A stretch of DNA of 64,000 nt from Felis catus (taxonomy: Eukaryota), in the NCBI RefSeq assembly GCF_018350175.1, contig NC_058368.1, forward strand, positions 7,254,001 to 7,318,000, in the 5' to 3' direction. The notes under the pieces were generated by a model. The model did no database searches and was not told where the DNA came from. It saw nothing but the letters and a program-made list of their open reading frames with translations. The position numbers were made by a program, and so were the translations under genes. This document shows, piece by piece, positions 53,587-64,000 of this stretch (positions are counted from its first letter, which is position 1; every line of letters starts with the position of its first letter).

Positions 53587-56500
53587 TAAAATTTACCAGG
53601 GCTTATGTAATCAGATCTCACAATATAAACTGAAAACGGACCCCTGTATTTTCTGCAGGTGGCTCCTGCATCAGGATTGAAGAATAAATATGGTAAAAGA
53701 TACTTAACTACTTTGAAAATGAGGTCATGTCATTTTGAAGCCATTCCTGTGATGAGGTGTCTTATGAACTGAGCCATAAGGCTTCCCTCTAAGAGTCAGC
53801 CCACATATTCCCTATTAACTGAAGCGGCCATCTCTCTATAATTACCCACCCTCAGAAGTCAACTCTAATGGGAGCTGTGGAGATTTGAGAATATCAAAGT
53901 CCAGGTGAAGGGTCCGGCGTGTTGCCTTCGCCACAACGGTTCTTGTCAGAAGTACAAGCCAATACAGTCAAATGTTGCTGTCTTCCCTTAAATGCCTCTG
54001 TCTCACTAGACTGAGCTTCTTGAGGGTTGGGAACACACCTTCTAATACAGCGGTGTAAGGGTTAACCAAGATCCTGGGCCCCAGAGTTCACCCCCCAGCC
54101 CCATCCTTCACTGGCTCTTGTGGCTCTTTTCCTTATTTTCTCCTTACGTCTCGACCAGTAAACCGGTAGTTACACAGGGGGGTTGTGAGGCTTAGGCGTA
54201 AGATACATGGCATGTAGCCACTGTTGCCATTAGCTTTCATCACAGCCCCAGAGGTGCATATTACATGCTAAATTACATCAACGTGCGAAGGAGACTTGCC
54301 TTGAACCTGGGCAGGAAGACAGCCCCATAGATCACAGACACACACAGGCCCCGCCGTCACTAGGCGTGTGAATCGCACTCAGTGCAATTCGTAACCCGAG
54401 AAACACCCCCCCCCCCTCGTGTTCTGAGCTGTATCGTCGAATGAAAGGAAACCGTTGAATACGTGGAAATCCGCGCGTCGCACCGCCGTTGACTCTGAAG
54501 CGGAACCTGCTTTCGCCTACAGGAGGGATTTGAGCTACGGAAGTGGTTGGACAGAAAAGACGTGTGAACCTGTCGAACCTTCTCACCGCAAAAGCAGCAG
54601 ATTATACCGTAAGAAAATACTGTTCCCTCGTCGCGCCCAGCTTCCATTTTCCCGCTTGTCTGAGGGTTTCAGCGCATGGGTCTGCCGGTTCTCGTGACTC
54701 CGCATAGTACGAGGCTCGGGGTAGGTGGTGGGGGCCGAATAACATCGGGAATTTAAGCCATAATACTTGGCACATATGTAAATGTGCAGGCGGATACAGA
54801 GCGTACCAGAAGGTTGACACCGACGCGTTCATCATTTTAGTATTTTACCGGGAAATTTGACAACATCCCAAACTTAGGTTTTCAGTTTTTGACATTTAAG
54901 GTAATTAACCTTTTGGCAAATATATTAAAATTTTACCCACATTAAATGCAGCTATATATTTTTTAATACTTTAGATTACTAGAACATAATAGAATCTAAT
55001 TTATATTCACAGAACACAATTTATGTAAAAATCTGGATTTTACCAGTAGAGTGATTTTGCCAAAATCAAGGCGAGAAAATACATTTTAGACTATAAATAC
55101 ATAATATATGAATGATGTGTGTCTTTAGTTCTGTACCCAGCCAAATATTACCAACTCGTAAACAGAATTATCAATGTGTGCTGGTATTTTGCCTTCAGTC
55201 ATTTAAAAAAAATAGCTTTACGCATTTTTAAAATTGTTTTATTATAATGAAGGTGTATTTATCACAGGAGGAATGAACGTATGTTATTGAACGGTATTTA
55301 GTTTATCTTATAACCTGTAAATATTTAGGAGCGTCGTCTGTGGGACTTTATCTGTCCCTCGGTGGGCCTCAGAGAAAGGAGTGGTAACACCTATTGCTAT
55401 GGAGCAAGCAGGCAGATCAGGGAAGTCTTGCAGAGAAGGTAACATGCGATCTGAATGGTGACAAGGATGTGTCCGGAGTGCAGAACAGTTTGGACGGGGA
55501 GCATGGCCCGAGCAAAGCCGTACCGTGCCCGTAACGGCAGATAGAGTGCTGCAGTTGGGCTGGCTGTGTGGGGCACGGGACGTCTGGTGAGGCCTCGCAG
55601 GGACGGTCCAGTCCGCCCCCTCCCCCGCCCCCCACCGCGACATCCCAGGATCGCAGTGTTAGCGTGCTCAGACTCCAACCCTGAGGACTTTTATTTCAAA
55701 GCGCAGTCGGCATCTCCACTAAGCGATGGAGTTTAGAGAGCGGTAACAGACAAACGAAATGGGCTTTACCCGTTCTCCTAAGGACGCAAAAGAAGGTATC
55801 AGAAGCCAAACAAAGGTCATTCATCTCTGGTAGCACACAAAGGGCAAAGTGTTTTCTAGAAGTGACCGCTGGCTGAGACTTTCAGGCAGCCCCAGAGGGG
55901 GGAAAGACCTCCATCCTGGTGGGAAAAATTCCAGCCGTGCCGCATTCTGACAGCTGCCTCTGCGCCCCCAGTCCTTGGCTGCGGTTTCCCACTCGGACCT
56001 GAAACACGACACCACCCAGGCTGTGGCGTTTGGGCGCTGCTCTTCACACCCGGCCACCGCGGGACGCGGCCCAAGGAGCCGCGTGGCTCGCCGCGGCCCA
56101 AGGTGGCCGCCAGTTCCTTTCATCACGTTTCTTTGCTCCGTGACACACGGTCTCGCTGCTTTGTCTTCACCGTCCTTGTCCCGCCGCTTCTGCCTCCCCC
56201 GTCACCTCCTCTTCCTCCTACAGATACAGCGTTTTTACTGGTAAATCCTTGCATTGTTGTCCTGTCCCACTCGCACCCAGAACCCATTCTTTCCCCAGAA
56301 CCAACTGAGTACGCACCATGTGCCAGACAGGCATGGGGGAAACTGGGATGACAAAAGACAAGTTCCCTGACCTCTAGGAGTTTAGTCAAGCAAAAAGCAC
56401 CTCTCCTATGTCTTGTGCTTCTTACCGGAACACTTGGAACCAAATAAACTAGTTTATCCTCATGGCAACCTTGTGGGGTTACGATCATCAAAGTAAAAAG

Positions 56501-56667
56501 CGATCCACATCTTTGATTTTTCCCAGCGTGGCTTGACCTACCACTTTCTTATTTTTCCGTCCATGTTGGCATGAAATCACCAAGTTTCATTAATCCTGCA
56601 TTCAAATTCATGCTCCCCCATCGACCTTTGGTATTTTATCGGCATAAGGGTTTTTGGTGTGTGTGTG

Positions 56668-56882
56668 TTTTTTTTTTTTAATGTCTGTTTATTTTTGAGC
56701 GACAGAGAGACAGAACGTGAGCAGGGAAAGGGCAGAGAGAGAGGGAGACACAGAATCCAAAGCAGGCTCCGGGCTCCGAGCTGTCGGCACAGAGCCAGAC
56801 GCGGGGCTCGAACTCAGAAACCGTGAGATCATGACCTGAGCCGAAGTCGGATGCTTAACCAGCTGAGCCACCCAGGCGCCCC
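56668..56882 (-). mobile_element. Can-SINE
   Basis: Antisense full-length copy. Confidence 0.93.
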
Positions 56883-56913
56883 AGACATAAGTTGTTTTTA
56901 AAAATTAAGCAGC

Positions 56914-57145
56914 GGGGCGCCTGGGTGGCGCAGTCGGTTAAGCGTCCGACTTCAGCCAGGTCACGATCTCGCGGTCCGGGAGTTCGAGCCCCGCGTCGGG
57001 CTCTGGGCTGATGGCTCAGAGCCTGGAGCCTGTTTCCAATTCTGTGTCTCCCTCTCTCTCTGCCCCTCCCCCCTTCATGCTCTGTCTCTCTCTGTCCCAA
57101 AAATAAATAAACGTTGAAAAAAAAAATTTTTTTTTAATAAAAAAA
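56914..57145 (+). mobile_element. Young Can-SINE (SINEC_Fc type)
   Basis: TSD taaaaattaagcagc at 56899-56913 and 57146-57160. Confidence 0.95.
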
Positions 57146-58434
57146 TAAAAATTAAGCAGCTTTTCTCAGAACTCTCCCTGTTATATTGTAAATAAAGATA
57201 TATTGAGGTTCCTTCCCCACATTCCCCTAAGTAATTTTTATTTCTGATGTACACATACAGATGTTTATTTGATATACAGTCCCTCATATAAGCCTCCACA
57301 GGGAAGGGCCTTGATCACTGTATAAATCATCTCACAGAGCATGTACTTGACAGAGGTTGGCCACATTTAACATAATCTACAGAATTAACTTCCTCAGCCT
57401 CCCATCTTTTGTCTACAAACAATTCTTTTCATTTTCCCAGATGATCTCAACGTTCCTACTGAGTTTTATCTTCAAAAACCTTCTCCACAGTTTGAATTTT
57501 CTTACCTTTCTTGACAGCTGATAGGGGAACCCGCCCAATGTGGTTTTCTGAGCTTAAATGAGTTTGGCCTGAATTTCTTCCTCTATATCTATAATCAAAT
57601 CACTGAATAATACAGAGCCCCCAGTTTTTCCTCTGGCTTCTGCCAATCCACATGGTCACTCAACTAACTGCTAATTACTGCTGACTGATCATGAGCCTGT
57701 AGACAGCTGTTTGCAGATGTCTAGCAGTGATCCGAATCATCTGTCTCTGGTTTTGTTTTTTTGTTTTTTTTTATCAGAATGTTCTATGGTCTGACATCAA
57801 ATCCTTACTGAAGATTGAGTAAATTGTTCCGTTTCTTTCTTTGAAACTTACCACTCCGTGGGAAGACCTTGATTTGCTATAGTCAGGTTTCTTTTAAATT
57901 TTACCCAGTACCCTGAGCATGAACTGGGGGCCTTCAGCAGTGATAATTAGCTGGGCCTGTCAGGTGTTTGTTAGTCACCGGCGGCCAGTGGCAGTTCACT
58001 CGTTTGTGCCAGTTTCCTAAATCCGTGTGTTTATCGTACAGTCACGCCTGTTTAAACACAAGACCTTCGGGGTAGTCCTCCACGACGTAATGGCCTTTTT
58101 TGAACTGCCTTTCCCATCCATCATGCAACAGCTACTACACAGTTAGTTGATCAAAGGCACCTTTTTTGTTGTTAATCGTTTTTATTGGACTGTAATTGTA
58201 CATACAGAAAAGTGCACAAATCATAAGTTTACAGCTTGGTAAACAGTCATAAAGTGAGTGCACCTAGATCACGAAACAACATTAGCAGCACCAAAGAAGC
58301 CACCTTATACTCTCCCAGGCCTTGTGGAGCTAAAGAAGCCACCCTCGTGAGTTAATCACGTCCTGGTCCCATCACACCGGGAATCAGGGTATCAGAGCAT
58401 GAATTTGGGGGAGCACACACACATGTTCAAAAAA

Positions 58435-58646
58435 ATTTTTTTAATGTTTTCTTTATTTTTGAGAGAGAGAAAGAGAGAGACAAAGTATGAACGGGGAGGG
58501 GCAGAGAGGAAGGAGACACAGACTCCAAAGCACGCTCCAGGCTCTGAGCTGTCAGCACGGAGCCGGACGTCGGGCTCGAACTCACAAACCGTGAGATCAT
58601 GACCTGAGCCGAAGTCAGACGTTGGACTGAGCCATCCAGGTGCCCC
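58435..58646 (-). mobile_element. Can-SINE
   Basis: Antisense copy with T-tail. Confidence 0.9.
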
Positions 58647-60409
58647 AGTGTCCCTCAATTTCTATTGTTTCATTTCACTTGCCTTGGTTTTCTTGCCACC
58701 GTTTCTATAGGGTAGACTTAACTCTTACATTGATTTATGTGAGGAAAAAGAAACATAGACCCAGATGACTCAAAACTAATTTGTTGACTTTGGGCTTTAA
58801 GATGATTTTGCACCAGATTTGCATTCCCGCTTGGGTTTTACTTAAGCTGCTCTTATCATCAGTTTACATTCCTTAAGCATGTACCAGCTGGCTCATGGAA
58901 TGAACAGGCAGGCCCGAGGAAGCTAAGCTGGGATGGAAAAACCGGGTGCAGATGATACCCACGTGGATTGTTGAAAATTGATTTTAGTGTGTTCCCGTGC
59001 CCAGAAAACTGTCTGCTTAATGAGCTGCCTTTCTTGGACTTCTTGCTCACATCGAATTTTATATTCTAATAGAATGAATTTGTCTTACAAAGAAAACTTG
59101 GCGATGTTAAGGATCTAAGTATACAAAGTACCCAGAACTAAACGTGTGTCTGAATAAGTTACTTACTTGCTCGGGTTCTCTGTGTACTTAGTTCTGCCGT
59201 ATTCTCCTGCTGTTTGCTTGTCCCGTATTTTAATGCAGCTTTCACTTACGTGTCATCATCTCATTAAATAACTATCTTGTTTCCTGAGGTTGATGTTTCA
59301 TCATCATCTCTGATGAGTTAAGCCTCTGTGATCACGTTCAACAGAAGCTGGCTCAACTGTTTCCTTACCCCAGAATTCGTCAGCAAGAGTCTCAGGAAAA
59401 ATGAAAGGCTACAGTCAGTAGTGAGGCAAACTACCCGACTTCCTAGTCTTTCCCCTTTGAGTTTGAAGATGATGTTGTTATTTCAGGGCACCAGACGTGA
59501 CTGCTAGGGATTGGTCTTTTCCTATTTGGAAGGAAAGCCCAGGCAGGAGAATTTGGGGGTGGGAGGTAGCACATGCTCAACATTCCTAGGGCAAAATAGT
59601 GCGCGGTCCTTCCTTCCTCCGCCTCTGCGGTTCTCCAAGTAAGTGCCCAGGCTCCCCACCCACCTCCCCCAGGATCACTAGCGGGGGGCCGTCTCGGGCA
59701 CGTTAGGCAGCGTGACACTTCCCCCACCTGTAAACTAGTTGCTGTAACTGTGTCGTCGTGTTCAGATGGGACAGCACCTGGCCAAAGGCGAAGCTCCACG
59801 CCAACGCCAACGTCAGCTGTTGTTAAACCAATTACAGCAAGCTGGCCACACCCCAGCCCTGGCAGTGGGGTCCCGCCTCCCACGCTGGCTGGGGACTGAG
59901 TGTGGCCCACGGGGAATTCCTTCTGCCCCAGCAGCCTTTCTCATGCTTACAGCTGCTTTTCTCTTTGACCGTGGTTGTAAATCAGATCTCCGAGGAGAAA
60001 TCGGGGCAGATAAAGTTCGTGACGGTGCCGGAAATGGTTTTACATAGAAAAAATAGTGTCCGCCTCTCGCCTCTCGAAGGTGCCTAGAACGTGCCCTCGG
60101 GATCTCTGCACGGTTCTGGGCTGAGTATTGTTTCCCGAACACGTACAGCATCTCAACCGTGTTCTGACCCAGATAGGCTTTTGTGGGTTGGTCCAAGAGA
60201 GCCAGGCAAACATTTTAACCTGGGTTTTTTGGGAAAATGCGTTCTCGTTTATTTGCAGCTGATACACGGTTTGTTCACAATTGGGGAACGGCCCAAACAG
60301 GCCTTTTCCCTGAAGATTTTTAACTTTGTGTTGTCAGGAGGAAAGGGCACACATGGATAGATCTAAGTATGATGGATTAGCTGTTTTTAATTTAGAAACT
60401 GCCACACTT

Positions 60410-60982
60410 GGGGCGCCTGGGTGGCTGAGTCCGCCAGGCCTCCGACTTCCACTCAGGTCATGATCTGGAAACTTGAGAGTTCGAGCGCCTCTCTGCTGTC
60501 CGCGTGCAGCTGCTTGGGATTCTCTGTCTTCCTCTCTCTCTGCCCCTCCTGCTTTCGCTCGCGCTCTCTCTCAAAAATAAATATACATAAAATATACACG
60601 TATTTTTATATATTATGTATATAAAGCATATACATAATCTGTAATACAAAAATGTATTTCAAAATATATATATATATATATTTTTTTAAATACAGTACCG
60701 CACTTACCGATGGGAAGGGGGAGGAGGTGTATTTGGAATATTTTTACCTTTTCAGTTTTTTTTTTTTAATTATTTTTTTTTTCAACGTTTATTTTTGGGA
60801 CAGAGAGAGACAGAGCATGAACGGGGGGAGGGGCAGAGAGAGAGGGAGACACAGAATCGGAAACAGGCTCCAGGCTCCGAGCCATCAGCCCAGAGCCCGA
60901 CGCGGGGCTCGAACTCACGGACCTCGAGATCGTGACCTGGCTGAAGTCGGACGCTTAACCGACTGCGCCACCCAGGCGCCCC
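60410..60982. mobile_element. Two Can-SINEs tail-to-tail (60410 to about 60590 + diverged; about 60756-60982 - young)
   Basis: Heads in opposite orientations with an AT-rich spacer. Confidence 0.9.
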
Positions 60983-61569
60983 TGAAAAGGCATTTTTTAA
61001 AAGACATCCCTATTGGTGAGAGTTTATTAAAAACGTAAATTATACAAAACTAGGTAGATGTGGTTTTTGAAGGTCAAGAGGGTGACAGAATAGTTTCCCG
61101 GCACACTAAGAGAAATATGGTGACAAATACCAGGATAAACAGAATTTCTTTTTTTTTTAAGGGTTGAAATGGATTTTTTTAGTGGGTGGAGAAGGTTGAG
61201 GCAAGAGGGCTGCTATATTTTAAGTTTTTAAATAATACTCGTTTTTTTTAAGCCGTGTGCCTGCTTCAGTAAAATAATCGTCATAAAATATTCACAGGAT
61301 ATTAACACCGTTTGAGGGTTATGTAAAGTAGTACTACAAGAGTATAGTTAAGTGTTTTTATAGAGAATCAGTGTATAATGACCAGTTTCCAGATTTTGTG
61401 ATTAGGTGCATAGTTCTGTCTTTGAACTGTATCTGTGTCCAACTTTATCCCTCTCTTTTCTCTCACTTTACCGCTTACATATTGTAAATAACATTAAAGT
61501 CAGGGATGATCATCTCCCTGTTTTAGTACCCATAGCACCTTATACAGTATCTTAAGAGTAATGTCTCAG

Positions 61570-62551
61570 CATGAATAGACACTTTTCCAAAGAAGAGTCC
61601 AGATGGCCAACAGACACAGGGAAAGATGCTGAACATCATTCATCATCAGGGAAACACAAATCAAAACCACAATGAAATACCACCTCACACTGATCTCAGT
61701 GTCTAAAATGAACAACTCAAGAAACTACAGACGCTGGCGAGGATGTGGAGAAACAGGAACCCTCTTGCACTGTTGGTGGGAATGCAAACTGGTGCAGCTG
61801 CCCTGGAAAACAGTGTGGAGATTCCTCAAAACACTAACAATAGAATTACCCTACAACCCAGCAATAGCACTGCTAGGAATTTATCCAAGGGATACAGGTG
61901 CGCTGATTCTTAGGGGCACATGCACCCCAATGTTGATAGCAGCACTATCAATAATAGTCAAATTATGGAAAGAGCCTGTGTGCCCATCAACCTGATGAGT
62001 CGATAAAGAAGATTTGTACATATATATATATATATATACAATGGAGTACTACTCGGCAATGAGAAAGAATGAAATCCTGCCATTTGCAGCAACGTGGATG
62101 GAACTGGAGGGTACTACGCTAAATGAAATAAGTCAGAGAAAGATGGATACCGTATATTTTCACTCATATGTGGAACTTGAGAAACTTAACAGAAGACCAT
62201 GGGGGAAGGGAAGGAAAAAAATTATTTACAGAGAGGGAGACGAACCATAAGAGACTCTTAAATACAGAGAACAAACTGAGGGTTGATGGGGGTGGAGGGG
62301 CATGGAGAATGGATGATGGGCATTGAGGAGGGCACTTGTTAGGATGAGCACTGGGCATTGTATGTAAGTGATGTATCACAGGAGTCTACTCCTGAAGCCA
62401 AGAGCACACTGTATACACTGTGTGTGAGCCAACTTGACAGTAAGTTATATATATATAAGTTATATATATATAAGTTATATATATATATATGTATATAACT
62501 ATAACATATTTATATATATAATTTAAAAATATATATAAGTTAAAAATAAAC
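61570..62551 (+). mobile_element. 5'-truncated carnivore L1 with an AT-minisatellite tail
   Basis: ORF 61672-61995 is the L1 ORF2 C-terminus ([28 protein letters not shown]). TSD agagtaatgtctcag at 61555-61569 and 62552-62566. Confidence 0.95.
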
Positions 62552-63300
62552 AGAGTAATGTCTCAGAATATGATTGATAAGTATGTTTTCTGGGGTTTTT
62601 TTTTTTCAAAATCTTGCTAAAAAGTACACAAATAATACAGACTCACTCTAGAAAAAATAGAAAATACAGAAAGCAAACAAAAAAAAATTAAAATCACCCA
62701 GAAACTCCTCTTACCATCTTGATAACACCCGTCCAAATGTTTTCCTGGGTAATACACACATGCAAAGAAATCTGAAATAAAAATTATCCAATATACGCTG
62801 TACCCATTTTCTTAGGATAAAGTAGAGTTTTTAGGTCAGCAGGTATGTCTTCTTTTGAGGGCTGTTTGTCATGTTGCCAAATTGTCCTAAAGAAGTGTTC
62901 TTTCAGTTTCAGTCCCCATTAGCAGAGCAAAGAGTACTCCTTTCTCTACTCTCTTACTAACTAATGGCTAGAAATATATTTATCAGAGTTGGGTTCATTA
63001 GTATTTCTTAGAATAAGAGTGCATTTGAACATTTTAAATGCAGATACAGCTCGTCATTTTGTCTTTAACTTTCAGTGTGTTTCCCCTTCATATACAAAGT
63101 TTCTTTTTAATTTTTACCTGCTCAAAACTGTCAGCCACGTTGTTGTCGTTGGTTGTTTTAATCTAAAAAAACTTCTCCCCCGTTTTGGCATTCTGTGTTT
63201 CAAAAGCTGTTCTTTCCACAAGATCACATATGTGGAATAAACTGAGTTTTAAGAATTCAGTCGTGTGACTACCTCTCGACTCTGTTTTTCTCCCCATCAG

Positions 63301-63375
63301 GAAAGCAATTGAAGAATTGCTTAAAGAGGCAAAACGTGGCAAAACAAGAGCAGAAACGATGGGACCTATGGGTTG
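63301..63375 (+). CDS. POLR1D: POLR1D alternative exon 2 of the long transcript ('protein POLR1D isoform 2'): (R)KAIEELLKEAKRGKTRAETMGPMG(W); gene continues beyond the window
   Basis: Strong polypyrimidine acceptor tctgtttttctccccatcAG ending at 63300 and donor TG|GTAAGT at 63376. Exon is 75 nt, phase 2-2, in frame with exon 1. The translation matches the isoform-2 sequence as I recall it from human. Confidence 0.9.
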
Positions 63376-63717
63376 GTAAGTTCTTGAGTGATCTTCCTTA
63401 AAACAGAACAGTAGTCAAGAGAAAGTCTCGGCCGGAGACGTGGATACGTAAATCTGTAGCCGGTGAAAGGAATGTAAAACTGTGGCTGTAGAGGAAATCC
63501 CCCAGAGGCGAGCAGGAGAGTGGGAGCCCTGTTGGGGGCCAGCTCTGGGGACTCTGCGACCCTGAGGAAGAGGGCTGGGGGTATGGAGGGAGAGCATCTG
63601 TGAAGGGTCCGTCATCCCTTTAGATCACAGATCCCTAGTGGATATGTAGATCTACTGCCCAAAGGCGCCATGTGAGAGTAATGTTGTATCAGTGTTCATT
63701 GTTTAAGGATCTCTGTT

Positions 63718-63880
63718 TAGTTTTGGTTTTTGTTTCTTTTTATTTATTTTGAGAGAGAGAGGGAGACAGAATCCCAAGTGGGCTCTGTAGGGCTCAATCC
63801 CGTCAGCTGAACCGTGAGATCATGGCCTGGGCTGAAATCAAGAGTGTGACGCTTAACCGACTGAGCCATCCAGGCGCCCC
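63718..63880 (-). mobile_element. Can-SINE
   Basis: TSD aaggatctctgtt on both sides. Confidence 0.88.
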
Positions 63881-64000
63881 AAGGATCTCTGTTGTAATTA
63901 TAGCCCTTGGCAAGTTGAAATTTATTTTTAAAATTCTACTCGTAAGTATTTCGACTATGTGACAGTTCAGCTGGGGAGAACTTAAGTTGCCTTTGCAGTT

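Noticed and set aside
57390..57840. Possible ancient CR1/L3 fragment
   Set aside because: Only weak motif resemblance; cannot be supported without an alignment.

Overview
Mammalian (felid, most likely cat) genomic DNA, judged from the dense carnivore tRNA-derived Can-SINEs (SINEC_Fc type) and carnivore L1 3' ends. A CpG island at about 33.1-35.7 kb holds a divergent promoter. The + strand carries POLR1D. Its 26-nt coding exon 1 (MEEDQELER) can splice either to one terminal exon 1 kb downstream (36225-36600), giving the 133-aa RNA Pol I/III subunit AC19/RPAC2, or to a 75-nt exon 28 kb downstream (63301-63375), giving the unrelated 'POLR1D isoform 2' protein that continues beyond the window. 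The - strand has a non-coding first exon and a >33 kb first intron, inferred to be LNX2 from mammalian synteny; no LNX2 coding sequence is in the window. The rest is intronic and full of SINEs, L1/L2/MIR fragments, LTRs, DNA transposons and microsatellites. The most notable observations are: (1) a head-to-tail concatemer of about 3.4 near-identical SINEs inside a single target-site duplication; (2) signs that the AC19 exon is a retrocopy captured through an L1-derived splice acceptor; (3) an L1 3' transduction; (4) two template-switch-type duplications, one with a perfect 28-bp palindrome at its junction. Repeat family names come from recognition, not from a database search.
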